Shown here: positions 28,646 to 38,341 of the stretch, piece after piece
Layout of the letters: each line of letters opens with the position of its first letter
How positions within the stretch are numbered: position 1 is the stretch's first letter
Assembly (NCBI GenBank): GCA_963666515.2
Contig: OY762897.2
Span: forward strand, 1,568,001-1,632,000
Direction: 5' to 3'
Origin: Candidatus Binatia bacterium
GTDB lineage: Bacteria > Desulfobacterota > Binatia > UBA9968 > JAJDTQ01
Length of the DNA: 64,000 nucleotides
Notes under the pieces: model-generated
Told to the model about the DNA's origin: nothing
Databases searched by the model: none
What the model saw: only the letters and a program-made list of their open reading frames with translations
Made by a program: the position numbers and the translations under genes

Positions 28646-29842
28646 ATGGACGATTTCACGAACACGCTGGTCATCGACGCGGACGGTCACGTCAACGAGG
28701 GCGACATCGACTTCGCGCCGTGGCTACCAGAGAAGTACAAACCGCTGGCGCCGGTGCGCCTCAAGGACAATCGCGGCGGCAACCGCCTGATGCTGGAGGG
28801 GCGCATCTGGCCCGCCAACGAGGGACCGGGTCCGGGCGTGACCGGGCCCATGACGGAGGAAGCGCGCAAGGGCCGCCCCGGCATGACCGACCCCAAGGAA
28901 CGCCTCAAGGACATGGACATCGAGGGCATCGACGTGGCGGTGATCTTCGGCACGCAGATCGCGCTCACCGTGAACGGGCTCATGGACAAGGGCTTGGCCG
29001 GCGCCCTGTGCCACGCGGTCAACGAGTGGCTGATCGAATACTGCTCCGCGGACACGAGCCGTCTGCGGGCGGTGGGCCTCATCCCCTGCCAGGACCCCGA
29101 GGCCGCGGTACGTGAACTGCACTACCTGGCCGACCACGGCGCCACCACCGCCATGCTGCCCACCAACGTCTACGGCCGCAACATGGGCGACGCCATGTTC
29201 GATCCCATCTACGCCGCCGCACAGGAAATCGGCATCCCGCTCTCGGTGCACCCGCAGACCGGCCACGACGGGGTTCCGGGCGTGTCAGGGGTGATGGGCG
29301 CGGGCAGCCGGCGTTTCTACAAATACGTCTACGTGCACATGACGGCGTTCCCCTTCGAGCTGATGATCGCCATGATGCACATGCTCGGCGAAGGCGTATT
29401 CGACTGCTATCCCAAACTCAAGGTCGCCTACATGGAGGGAGGCGCCGGCTGGCTGCCCTTCTGGATGGAACGCCTGGACGAGCACATGGAGAAGCTGGCG
29501 CCGCAGATGCCGGAAATGCGCCGCCGCCCCAGTGAGGTCATCCGTAGCGAGCAGCTCGTGCTGTCCTGCGAGTCCGAGGAGATCGGACTCGACCGGGTCC
29601 TGGACGCCTCCGGAGCAGCCACCGTGCTCTACGCTTCGGACTACTGCCACTGGGACTGCCATTTCCCCTACTCCGTCCGCGACGTCATCTCCGGCGACGA
29701 CCTGAGCTTCGAGCAGAAGGAGCAGGTGCTGTACAAGAACGCGGTGGAGTTCTTCGACCTGAAGGACCTGCCCGAGCCCAGTGCGCTGGCCAAGGCCATG
29801 AGCACGTGGGACAGCTATAATGGGGGCGTGCCGCCGGCCTAG
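28646..29842 (+). CDS. Amidohydrolase_2 family protein
   Basis: IDADGH, LSVHP, YMEGGAGW, ASDYCHWD. Confidence 0.92.
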   Translation: MDDFTNTLVIDADGHVNEGDIDFAPWLPEKYKPLAPVRLKDNRGGNRLMLEGRIWPANEGPGPGVTGPMTEEARKGRPGMTDPKERLKDMDIEGIDVAVIFGTQIALTVNGLMDKGLAGALCHAVNEWLIEYCSADTSRLRAVGLIPCQDPEAAVRELHYLADHGATTAMLPTNVYGRNMGDAMFDPIYAAAQEIGIPLSVHPQTGHDGVPGVSGVMGAGSRRFYKYVYVHMTAFPFELMIAMMHMLGEGVFDCYPKLKVAYMEGGAGWLPFWMERLDEHMEKLAPQMPEMRRRPSEVIRSEQLVLSCESEEIGLDRVLDASGAATVLYASDYCHWDCHFPYSVRDVISGDDLSFEQKEQVLYKNAVEFFDLKDLPEPSALAKAMSTWDSYNGGVPPA

Positions 29843-29913
29843 ACCCGTAGCGGGGCATCCACCGCAATGCATGCCCCTGTGAATCGGACCAACAGCATCG
29901 ATCGGAGGACACC

Positions 29914-30624
29914 ATGGTGAACGAAGCGCGCATCGGCCTGATCATTCCGTCGGCCAACCGGCTCACCGAGCCCCAGTTCAACCGCTACCTGCCGGAAGAC
30001 GTTGACATCCACGTCACCCGGCTGCGCATGACCGGCAAGTGGGCCAAGCCCCTTGGCGAGCTTCAGGGAGCCATCGAGGAAGCCGCTGCCGTTTTGTCCG
30101 ACACTCGCCCGGACGTGATCGTGTTCCACTGCACGGCCAACTCCATGGAAGGCGGGCTCGATGGTGAGCGACGCATCACCGAATGGGTCAGCCGGGCAAG
30201 CGGGTGCGCGGCCGTGACGACCAGCCAAGCCATCACCGAGGCGCTGCGGGAACTCGCCATCCGCAAGCTCGTGCTGATCAGCCCCTACGTGGAGGCGACG
30301 AACCAGGCCGAGATGCGCTACATGACCGAAGCCGGCTTCGAGGTGGTCCACGAGCTGGGGCTCGGCCTTCCCGGAAGCGACGACTACATCGCGGTGACGC
30401 CGGAGCAATGGCTGGACATCACCTGCGACAACAGCCGACCGGAGGCCGAGGGCTACTTCCTGAGCTGCACCAACACCCGCATGATCGAAACCATCGAAGC
30501 CGTGGAAAGCCGCCTCAGCCGCCCGGTGGTGTCGAGCAACCAAGCGGCGCTGTGGGCCTGCCTGCGGCGCATGGACCGTTCGCCGTCGATCCCAGGACTG
30601 GGGCGGCTGTGCGCCGAGGGGTGA
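29914..30624 (+). CDS. Maleate isomerase/arylmalonate decarboxylase family protein (both Cys present)
   Basis: RIGLIIPSAN, FHCTA, LSCTN, VSSNQA. Confidence 0.9.
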   Translation: MVNEARIGLIIPSANRLTEPQFNRYLPEDVDIHVTRLRMTGKWAKPLGELQGAIEEAAAVLSDTRPDVIVFHCTANSMEGGLDGERRITEWVSRASGCAAVTTSQAITEALRELAIRKLVLISPYVEATNQAEMRYMTEAGFEVVHELGLGLPGSDDYIAVTPEQWLDITCDNSRPEAEGYFLSCTNTRMIETIEAVESRLSRPVVSSNQAALWACLRRMDRSPSIPGLGRLCAEG

Positions 30625-30818
30625 CGGCACCTTCCCCGTCATTCCCGCGGACCAAGCTATGCCGATACTGCGATTGGATACGGAATGACGTGTCCGGGTC
30701 TCCTGCCGACCCATCACGTTTGACAACCTATCTCCGCTGGCAGTAAAAACGGATAGGCGCACCGTCCGTGCTTCCGCGCGGGTCCCGACCGCGGCGCCCA
30801 TTTTCCAAGGAGGCAATC

Positions 30819-31910
30819 ATGGCAGGAGTCATCGATGCGGATACGCATATCGCCGAGCCCGAGGCGATGTGGAAGTTCTTCGACGAGGACATGCACCCGC
30901 GCCGGCCGGTGCTGACGTCCATCACCGACGACACGCTGTACGGCGCCCGCAACAAGTTCTGGCTCATCGACGGCAACATCTTTCCGAAGCCCTCGGGCAA
31001 GGGCGGCTTCAGGCTGGTGACGCCGGCGGCCTCCACGCTGGAGACGGAACGAAACGACAGCCTCGTGGCGAGCCGTGAGATCACCGATGTGGGCGTGCGG
31101 CTCGCGGACATGGATCGCCTTGGGGTCGAGACCCAGGTGATCTACCCCACCCTCTTCCTCGTCTACCTGACCGAGGACGTGGACCTCGATATCGCCCTCG
31201 CCAAGGCCTACAACCGTTACATGTGGGAAGTGGAGGAGAAGGCCGGGGGACGGATGCGCTGGACCGCGGTGCTGCCTCTGCGCTCCATCGACGCCTCCAT
31301 CGAGGAAATGCGGCTCGCCAAGGAGCACGGCGCGGTGGGGATATTCTTTCGCGGCATGGAGGGGGAGCGGACCCTGGACGACCCCTACTTCTTCCCGGTG
31401 TACGAGGAGGCCAACTCCCTGGAGCTGCCCATCTGCATTCACACGGGGTCGGGCTGTCCGAGCCTCACCAACATGTTCAACCTCGAACGCAACCACACCT
31501 TCCACCACGGCCGGGTGCTGCCCATCTTCGCGTTCCGGGACATCATCCACAACCGCATCCCGGAGATGTTTCCGAAGCTCCGGTTCGGCTTCATCGAGGC
31601 CTCGGCCGGCTGGGTTCCGTTCCTGCTGCACATCTTGAGGCGTCTGCTGAAGCAGCAGTTCAAGTTCGACTCCAGCGTGGAGCTGTTCCAGAAGTACCGG
31701 CTGTTCGTGGCCTGCGAGGCCGACGAGGACATCCCGTACCTGATCCGCTACATGGGCGAGGACAACATCGTCATCGGCTCCGACTACGGCCACAACGACC
31801 CGTCCTTCGAGCCGGAGCTGGCCCAGACCATCCGGTCGCGGGAAGACCTGTCCCCCGCCATCGCGGACAAGATACTGTACGAGAACCCAAAGCAGCTCTA
31901 CGCGCTGTGA
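30819..31910 (+). CDS. Amidohydrolase_2 family protein (tandem paralogue A)
   Basis: AAGGAGG RBS; IDADTH, ICIHTG, EASAGW, GSDYGH. Confidence 0.92.
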   Translation: MAGVIDADTHIAEPEAMWKFFDEDMHPRRPVLTSITDDTLYGARNKFWLIDGNIFPKPSGKGGFRLVTPAASTLETERNDSLVASREITDVGVRLADMDRLGVETQVIYPTLFLVYLTEDVDLDIALAKAYNRYMWEVEEKAGGRMRWTAVLPLRSIDASIEEMRLAKEHGAVGIFFRGMEGERTLDDPYFFPVYEEANSLELPICIHTGSGCPSLTNMFNLERNHTFHHGRVLPIFAFRDIIHNRIPEMFPKLRFGFIEASAGWVPFLLHILRRLLKQQFKFDSSVELFQKYRLFVACEADEDIPYLIRYMGEDNIVIGSDYGHNDPSFEPELAQTIRSREDLSPAIADKILYENPKQLYAL

Positions 31911-31968
31911 GGCGCTGAGACCTGACCGCGGCCGGGCATGATTCCCGGCCACAACCGCGAACTCCGCC

Positions 31969-33066
31969 ATGACGATCATCGACTCCGACACGCACATCGC
32001 CGAGCCCGTCGCCATGTGGGACCACATCGACGAGGGCATGCACGCGCGCCGGCCGGTGCTGACCTCGGTGCCCGAAGACACCCTTTACGGCCCTCGCAAC
32101 GCCTTCTGGCTCATCGACGGCAACATCGTCCCCAAGCCCAACGGCAAGGGCAGCTACCGCCTGGTGACGCCGTCGGCCACGAAGCTGGAGTCGTCGCGCA
32201 GCGACAGCCTCATCGCCAGCCGGGAGATCACCCAGCCCGAGGTCAGGCTGGCCGACATGGACCGCCTCGGCATCGACGTGCAGGTCATCTATCCGACGCT
32301 GTTCCTGGTCTACCTGACTCACGACGCGGAGCTGGAGATCGCCCTTTGCCGGGCCTACAACCGCTACATGTGGGAGGTCCATCGCACCGGGCAGAACCGC
32401 CTTCTGTGGACCGCGGTGCTGCCGCTGCGCTCCATCGAAGCCTCCATCGACGAGATGCGGCTGGCGAAGGAGCACGGCGCAGTCGGCATCTTCTTCCGCG
32501 GCATGGAGGGTGACCTCACCCTGGACAACCCCTACTTCTTCCCGGTCTACGAGGAGGCCGCCAAGCTGGACCTGCCCATCTGCATCCATACCGGCATGGG
32601 CGCGCCGTCCATCATCAACCTGTTCAGTTTCGAGCGAAACTTCTCGTTCGCCCAGGGCCGGGTGTTGCCGATATTCGCCTTTCGGGACCTCATTGCGAAC
32701 CGCATCCCCGAGGAGTTCCCGGACCTGCGCATCGGCTTCATCGAGGCGTCCGCCGGCTGGGTGCCGTTCATGCTGCACATCCTCAAGCGGCTTCTCAAGA
32801 GCGACTGGAAGCACAAGCACGATGAGGGCCTGTTCGAGGACTACCGGCTGTTCGTTGCCTGCGAGGCCGACGAGGACGTCCCCTACCTCGTGGACTACAT
32901 CGGCGAGGACCACCTGCTCATCGGGTCGGACTACGGTCATCAGGACCCCTCGTTCGAGCCCGATCTGACCGGCACCATCCGCGGGCGGGAGGACATCCCG
33001 CAACGGGTCGCGGACAAGATGTTCGACGACAACGCCAAGCGGTTCTACGGCATCAATGCAGCCTGA
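31969..33066 (+). CDS. Amidohydrolase_2 family protein (tandem paralogue B)
   Basis: IDSDTH, ICIHTG, GSDYGH; colinear with paralogue A. Confidence 0.92.
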   Translation: MTIIDSDTHIAEPVAMWDHIDEGMHARRPVLTSVPEDTLYGPRNAFWLIDGNIVPKPNGKGSYRLVTPSATKLESSRSDSLIASREITQPEVRLADMDRLGIDVQVIYPTLFLVYLTHDAELEIALCRAYNRYMWEVHRTGQNRLLWTAVLPLRSIEASIDEMRLAKEHGAVGIFFRGMEGDLTLDNPYFFPVYEEAAKLDLPICIHTGMGAPSIINLFSFERNFSFAQGRVLPIFAFRDLIANRIPEEFPDLRIGFIEASAGWVPFMLHILKRLLKSDWKHKHDEGLFEDYRLFVACEADEDVPYLVDYIGEDHLLIGSDYGHQDPSFEPDLTGTIRGREDIPQRVADKMFDDNAKRFYGINAA

Positions 33067-33114
33067 GCCGAACCGACACCCAGCCCCTTGCTTGAGAGTG
33101 AAAGGAGAATTCCC

Positions 33115-34176
33115 ATGCGCGAGAACGCCTACCCGGTCATTGACGGCGACGGCCACATCATGGAGAACGCCAGCGAGATCATGCCCTACATGGGCGAGAA
33201 GTACGTGGGCAGCGACGGCCAGCCCGCCTGGGCGCGCATGTACTCGCTGTTCCCATCGCTGGACGGCTGGACCCGGCTTTCGAACATGAGCTCCTCCGGG
33301 CTCAGGGACTATCCCGACTGCGACATGTGGGTATCCTTTCTGGACGACTGCGGCATCGACCGCACCGTCGTCTACCCCACCGCGGGCCTGGGGTTCGGGC
33401 TGATCCAGGATCCGGCGTACTCCGTCAACATCGCCCACGCCTACAACACATGGCTCCACGAGTACTACATGAAGCATACGCCGAGGGTGCTGGGCGTCGC
33501 GCTGATCCCGATCCACAGCGTCGAGGACGCGGTCAAGGAGATGCGCCACGCCAAGCAGGAGCTGGGCATGCCGGCCGCGGTGCTGCCTTCGGTGAACTCG
33601 CTGGGCAAGGGCTACGGCCACGAGAGCTTCTTCCCCATCTACGAGGAAGCCTGCCGGTTGGACATGGCGCTGGCCATCCACGGGGCGCCGAGCCGCGGGC
33701 TGGGCTTCGACTACCTGGACAGCTTCGCCGAGGTCCATGCGCTGGAGCATCCCATTCCGCTGCTGATCCACCTCACCAACATGGTATTCCAGGGCGTGTA
33801 CGAGCTGTTCCCGGACCTGCGCGTCGCCTACCTGGAAGCCGGGGCTGGCTGGGTGCCGTTCATGATGGACCGGATGGACGAAGGCTACGAGCGGCGCGGC
33901 AAGAAATGGGCGCCCCGGCTGAAGCACTCGCCTAGCCAGTACATCAAGAGCGGCAGCGTCTACGTCTCGGTGGAGTCCGAGGAACGCACCCTGCCCTACG
34001 TCATCGAGCTGTTCGGCGAGGACCACATCTTCTTCGCGTCGGACTATCCTCACGAGCGCCCGCGCCAGGAATATCTCAAGGATATCCCTGAGTTGTGCGC
34101 CAGGGAGGACGTATCGGACACGGCGAAGCGGAAGATCCTGGCCGACAACGCGAACCGCTTCTACCGCCTGAATTGA
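33115..34176 (+). CDS. Amidohydrolase_2 family protein
   Basis: AAGGAG RBS; IDGDGH, LAIHG, EAGAGW, ASDYPH. Confidence 0.92.
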   Translation: MRENAYPVIDGDGHIMENASEIMPYMGEKYVGSDGQPAWARMYSLFPSLDGWTRLSNMSSSGLRDYPDCDMWVSFLDDCGIDRTVVYPTAGLGFGLIQDPAYSVNIAHAYNTWLHEYYMKHTPRVLGVALIPIHSVEDAVKEMRHAKQELGMPAAVLPSVNSLGKGYGHESFFPIYEEACRLDMALAIHGAPSRGLGFDYLDSFAEVHALEHPIPLLIHLTNMVFQGVYELFPDLRVAYLEAGAGWVPFMMDRMDEGYERRGKKWAPRLKHSPSQYIKSGSVYVSVESEERTLPYVIELFGEDHIFFASDYPHERPRQEYLKDIPELCAREDVSDTAKRKILADNANRFYRLN

Positions 34177-34200
34177 CAACGCCGGAAAATAACTTATAAT
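34173..34200 (+). promoter_or_regulatory. Consensus sigma70 promoter upstream of moeB/moeZ
   Basis: TTGACA (34173-34178), 16-bp spacer, TATAAT (34195-34200). Confidence 0.75.
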
Positions 34201-34252
34201 AGAAACTCTAAAACTCAGTTATTGTCGGAAACCCTCCGGCGAGGTAGCGATC

Positions 34253-35425
34253 ATGGCCAAGACATTTCAGCAACTGATGGACGAGGCGCGCGGCACCGTC
34301 AAGGAGTTGTCGCCTCAGCAGGTGCACGAGCTGCTGCAGAACAACGGCAAGCACGCGCTCCTGGACGTGCGGGAGAAAGAGGAATACCGGGAGGGACACC
34401 TGGACGGCGCGGTATCGGTGCCGCGCGGCTTCCTCGAAATGAAGATGGACGCCGAGGTGCCCGACAAGTCGACCCCCATCATCGCCTACTGCGCCGGCGG
34501 CGTGAGGTCGCTGCTGGCCGGCAAGGTGATGCAGGAGATGGGCTACACGGACGTGATCTCCATGTCCGGCGGATACACGGCCTGGAAGAACGAGGGCTAC
34601 TCGTTCGTGCAGGACCGGCAGTTCACGCAGGAGCAGCTCACCCGCTACAGCCGCCACTTCCTGCTGCCTGAGGTGGGAGAAGAGGGCCAAGCCAAGCTCC
34701 TGGACGCCAGGGTGCTGATGGTGGGGGCCGGCGGCCTGGGTTCACCCTCCGCCTACTACTTGGCCGCGGCCGGCGTCGGCACCATGGGCATCGTCGATCA
34801 CGACGTGGTGGACCTGTCCAACCTGCAGCGTCAGATCCTCCACACCAACGACCGCATCGGCGAGCCCAAGACCGAGTCGGCGCGGCAGACCCTGCAGGGA
34901 CTGAACCCCGACGTCAACGTGATCCCCATTCCGGAGCGGCTGACCTCCGAGAACATCATGGAGATCATCAAGGACTACGACATCGTGGTGGACGGCTGCG
35001 ACAACTTCGCCACCCGCTACCTGGTGAACGATGCCTGCGTGATGACCGGAAAGCCCAACGTCCACGGGAGCATCTTCCAGTTCGAGGGACAGGTGTCGGT
35101 GTTCCACCCGGGCAACGGCCCCTGCTACCGCTGCCTCTACCCCGAGCCGCCTCCTCCCGGCATGGCGCCGAGCTGCGCCGAGGCCGGCGTGCTGGGAGTC
35201 CTGCCCGGACTCATCGGCACGATCCAGGCAGTGGAGACCATCAAGCTCATCCTCGGCAAGGGCGACTCGCTGGCCGGACGGCTGCTCCACTTCAACACGC
35301 TGACCATGGAAATCAACACGCTCCGCCTCCGCCAGGACCCCGAGTGCCCCATGTGCGGCGAGAAGCCCACCATCCACGAACTGATCGACTACGAGGAGTT
35401 CTGCAACCTCCAGGGAGCGGCCTGA
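34253..35425 (+). CDS. moeB: Rhodanese-ThiF fusion sulfur-carrier adenylyltransferase (MoeB/MoeZ)
   Basis: Rhodanese YCAGGVRS, then RYSRH, GAGGLG, SNLQRQ, CYRC, CPMC. Confidence 0.92.
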   Translation: MAKTFQQLMDEARGTVKELSPQQVHELLQNNGKHALLDVREKEEYREGHLDGAVSVPRGFLEMKMDAEVPDKSTPIIAYCAGGVRSLLAGKVMQEMGYTDVISMSGGYTAWKNEGYSFVQDRQFTQEQLTRYSRHFLLPEVGEEGQAKLLDARVLMVGAGGLGSPSAYYLAAAGVGTMGIVDHDVVDLSNLQRQILHTNDRIGEPKTESARQTLQGLNPDVNVIPIPERLTSENIMEIIKDYDIVVDGCDNFATRYLVNDACVMTGKPNVHGSIFQFEGQVSVFHPGNGPCYRCLYPEPPPPGMAPSCAEAGVLGVLPGLIGTIQAVETIKLILGKGDSLAGRLLHFNTLTMEINTLRLRQDPECPMCGEKPTIHELIDYEEFCNLQGAA

Positions 35426-35428
35426 GGG

Positions 35429-36148
35429 CTACCGGTACGGTGTGCGTTGCGGACGGACGGTGATCTCCACTGGACACGCGGTGGGCGGCGCCGTGAGCAC
35501 GAAGAGCACCGCCTCAGCCACATCCTCAGCCTGGATCATCCTGGTCCGGTCGAGGTGCCGGACCGGCGGGATCATGTCCGTGTCCACGAAACCGGGCAGG
35601 ATCGCCGCCACCTTGATGTTGTGCTCCCGCACCTCCTCGAACAGCGCCTGGCTGAATGCGATGAGTCCGGCCTTGGAGGCGGCGTAGGCCGCGGAGCCGC
35701 CCTGCCCTGCCCGCCCCGATATTGACGCGATGTTGACGATGGCCCCTGACTGCCTGGCAGTGAGGGTCGGCAGAACCAGTTGACTCAGGATCATGGGCGC
35801 CATCAGGTTGACCCGGAGAGTCTGCTCCCAGTCCTTCACCCGGGCCTTTGGGACGTTGGCCTTGGTGCCCCAGCCGGCGTTGTTGACGAGGAAATCGATG
35901 GTGCCGAACCGATCGAGGGTCTGCGCCACCAGCGCCTCCAGATCTTCTTGCTCGGACAGGTCGGCGCGAAACGGGAAAGCCTGCCCGCCCCGTGACTCGA
36001 TCTCGGCCCGCACCGCTTCGAGTTGGTCCTCGCTTCTCGCCACGAGCACCGTGCGGCAACCTTCCTCCGCGGCCCGGAGCGCGATGGCCCGGCCGATGCC
36101 CCGGCCCGCGCCGGTGACGATGCAGACCCTGTCCTGGAGACGTTTCAC
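35429..36148 (-). CDS. Short-chain dehydrogenase/reductase
   Basis: TGAGRGIG, NNAG, YAASK. Confidence 0.93.
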   Translation of the reverse strand: MKRLQDRVCIVTGAGRGIGRAIALRAAEEGCRTVLVARSEDQLEAVRAEIESRGGQAFPFRADLSEQEDLEALVAQTLDRFGTIDFLVNNAGWGTKANVPKARVKDWEQTLRVNLMAPMILSQLVLPTLTARQSGAIVNIASISGRAGQGGSAAYAASKAGLIAFSQALFEEVREHNIKVAAILPGFVDTDMIPPVRHLDRTRMIQAEDVAEAVLFVLTAPPTACPVEITVRPQRTPYR

Positions 36149-36561
36149 TGAACGGTGGAATGGGGCTCGGGCTCGGCCATCATCACGGGCGAGCCGTGGT
36201 GGTGGATCATGAACCAGCCGTCGGGGCGCTGCTCATAGATGTTGGTGGCGAGCACGACGGCCGCGTTGGTCTGCCCCTGCAGCCTGGAAGCCAAGTTCTC
36301 GTAGAGAGTGACCCAGGCCAGACCGTCCTGCTCCCGCACCTGGACGTCGGTGAGCGTGAAGCGCATCTGCTCCGTGTTCTCGAAGATCCGCCGCCAGCTC
36401 TCCATGACCGCGTCCCAGCCGGACAACAGCGCCCAACCCGGGTGGACGCACTTGATGTAATCCTCGCGCAGCCAGATTCCTTCCATGCGCTTGATGTCGA
36501 GGCTCTCGAACGCCTCATAGAAGCGCCGGTTGACGTCCTTCACGGGATATTCCGCCGTCAT
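36145..36561 (-). CDS. NTF2/SnoaL-like protein
   Basis: NRRFYEAFE, CVHPGW, ATNIY, HHGSP. Confidence 0.88.
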   Translation of the reverse strand: MTAEYPVKDVNRRFYEAFESLDIKRMEGIWLREDYIKCVHPGWALLSGWDAVMESWRRIFENTEQMRFTLTDVQVREQDGLAWVTLYENLASRLQGQTNAAVVLATNIYEQRPDGWFMIHHHGSPVMMAEPEPHSTVQ

Positions 36562-36599
36562 CCCCTACCCTCCAACGGCTGTGCTCCCGCCGCCCCGCC

Positions 36600-36629
36600 C
36601 CTGGATTCCGGCTTTCGCCGGAATGACGG
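36600..36629. repeat. Intergenic palindromic repeat (second copy)
   Basis: CCTGGATTCCGGCTTTCGCCGGAATGACGG, one mismatch to 13573-13602. Confidence 0.75.
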
Positions 36630-36668
36630 AGGGGACGCGGGACTGACGGTTTGGTGGCCGCGTGATCA

Positions 36669-36995
36669 TCAATGACTCGGGCGCGGCGCCATGACCACCA
36701 GCAGCTTCAACCGCTCCGGCCCGGGATTCTCCACGCCGTGGGGCTCCCCCGACGGCGCCAGCGCCACCTCGTCCTTGCCGAGTTCCCGCCGTTCCCCGCC
36801 GATGTGGAACATGCCTTTCCCTTCCAGCACGAAGTAGACCTTGTCAGAACCGTCGTGGGTATGCACGCTCTGCGCCTGTCCGGCCTCGAAGCAGTAAACG
36901 TCGCAGAAGAGCCGATCCGTCTCGAAAACACCGTTCTTCTTCATCTTCTCCGAGGAGAATTGCACAACCTCGGAGACCTTCTTGAACACGTCCAT
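36669..36995 (-). CDS. Cupin_2 domain protein
   Basis: HTHDGSDKVYFVLEG ... PHGVEN. Confidence 0.88.
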   Translation of the reverse strand: MDVFKKVSEVVQFSSEKMKKNGVFETDRLFCDVYCFEAGQAQSVHTHDGSDKVYFVLEGKGMFHIGGERRELGKDEVALAPSGEPHGVENPGPERLKLLVVMAPRPSH

Positions 36996-37078
36996 CTGGA
37001 ATACCTCCCGGTGAACCGATCATGATATCACACGCGGCTTTCCATGCAAAAGTTCCGTCGATCTGCTATTTTCCGAAC

Positions 37079-38326
37079 ATGCGCTCGGCCCTGGTTCGAT
37101 ACCACGAAATCGCCCTCAAGAAGGGCAACCGCGCCTACTTCGTCGAGCACCTCAAAAGGAACCTGAGCACGGCCCTTCGGGGAATGGGACTCAAGGAGAT
37201 CCGCAACGCCTCTTCGAGACTGCTGCTGAACTTCAACCACGACGTGCCGCCGGAGGAAGTCACCGACCGGCTCGGACGGGTCTTCGGCATCGCCAATTTC
37301 TCCCCGGTGGAGCGCACCGACGCCGACATGCCGGCCCTGTCGGCACACGTTCTGGAAGCCCTGCAGGGTCAGTCCTTCGACTCTTTCCGGGTGGAGACCC
37401 GGCGCGTTGACAAACGCTTTCCGCTCACCTCCAACGACATCAACCGGGAGCTGGGTGCACTGGTGCAGGCCCGGTCGGGTGCGCGGGTGGACCTCACCCA
37501 GCCGGAGTTGACGGTGTCCGTGGAGATCCTGCCGTCGAGCGCATTCGTCAGCCTGCGCAAGGTACCGGGACCCGGAGGCCTGCCGGTAGGCGCCAGCGGG
37601 CGGCTGGTGTCGCTCATCTCCGGCGGCATCGATTCCCCGGTGGCCTCGTACCGGATGATGCAGCGCGGCTGCCGGCTGATCTTCGTCCACTTCCATAGCA
37701 GCCCGTTCCTGGACCGGTCGTCGCAGGAGAAGTCCAAGACCCTCGTGGAGATGCTGACCCGCCATCAGTACGTTTCACGCCTCTACCTCGTGCCGTTCGG
37801 CGAGATCCAACGCCGCATCGTCGCCGCGGTGTTGCGCCCGCTCCGGGTCGTGATCTACCGCAGGATGATGCTGCGGATCGCCTCCGTCATCGCCGCCAGG
37901 GAACGCGCCCGGGCGCTGGTGACCGGCGAGAGCCTGGCCCAGGTGGCGTCCCAGACGCTGCCCAACATCGCGGTCATCGAAGAGGCCGCGCGCCTGCCGG
38001 TGCTGCGCCCGCTCATCGGCATGGACAAACAGGAGATCATCGACCAGGCCATGACCATCGGCACCTTCGAGACCTCGGTCCAGCCCGACCAGGACTGTTG
38101 CCAGCTCTTCGTTCCCAAACACCCCGCGGTGAAGGCCACCCTGCGGCGGGCGCGGGAGGCCGAAGCCGCGCTCGACGTGGAGGAGTTGACGGCCCTGGGC
38201 GCGGACCATGCGGAGATAGAACGTTTCCACTACCCGGAACCGAAGGAAGACCGGCATCCCGAACCTGCCCACGACAAGGGAGCGCCGGAGACGAACGAAC
38301 AGACTTCCGAAGCCGGACAGTCGTAG
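37079..38326 (+). CDS. thiI: tRNA 4-thiouridine(8) synthase ThiI (no rhodanese domain)
   Basis: EIALKKGNR, THUMP domain, GGLPVG, ISGGIDSPV PP-loop, GESLAQVASQT, DCCQLF. Confidence 0.93.
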   Translation: MRSALVRYHEIALKKGNRAYFVEHLKRNLSTALRGMGLKEIRNASSRLLLNFNHDVPPEEVTDRLGRVFGIANFSPVERTDADMPALSAHVLEALQGQSFDSFRVETRRVDKRFPLTSNDINRELGALVQARSGARVDLTQPELTVSVEILPSSAFVSLRKVPGPGGLPVGASGRLVSLISGGIDSPVASYRMMQRGCRLIFVHFHSSPFLDRSSQEKSKTLVEMLTRHQYVSRLYLVPFGEIQRRIVAAVLRPLRVVIYRRMMLRIASVIAARERARALVTGESLAQVASQTLPNIAVIEEAARLPVLRPLIGMDKQEIIDQAMTIGTFETSVQPDQDCCQLFVPKHPAVKATLRRAREAEAALDVEELTALGADHAEIERFHYPEPKEDRHPEPAHDKGAPETNEQTSEAGQS

Positions 38327-38341
38327 ATCGAGCAGGTAGAT

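Noticed and set aside
31771-34179. Very long antisense/alternate-frame ORFs (802 aa here; also 9288-11369, 49532-51628, 38098-39837, 42156-44021)
   Set aside because: Shadow ORFs of GC-rich genes; no recognisable motifs and they fully overlap well-supported CDSs.
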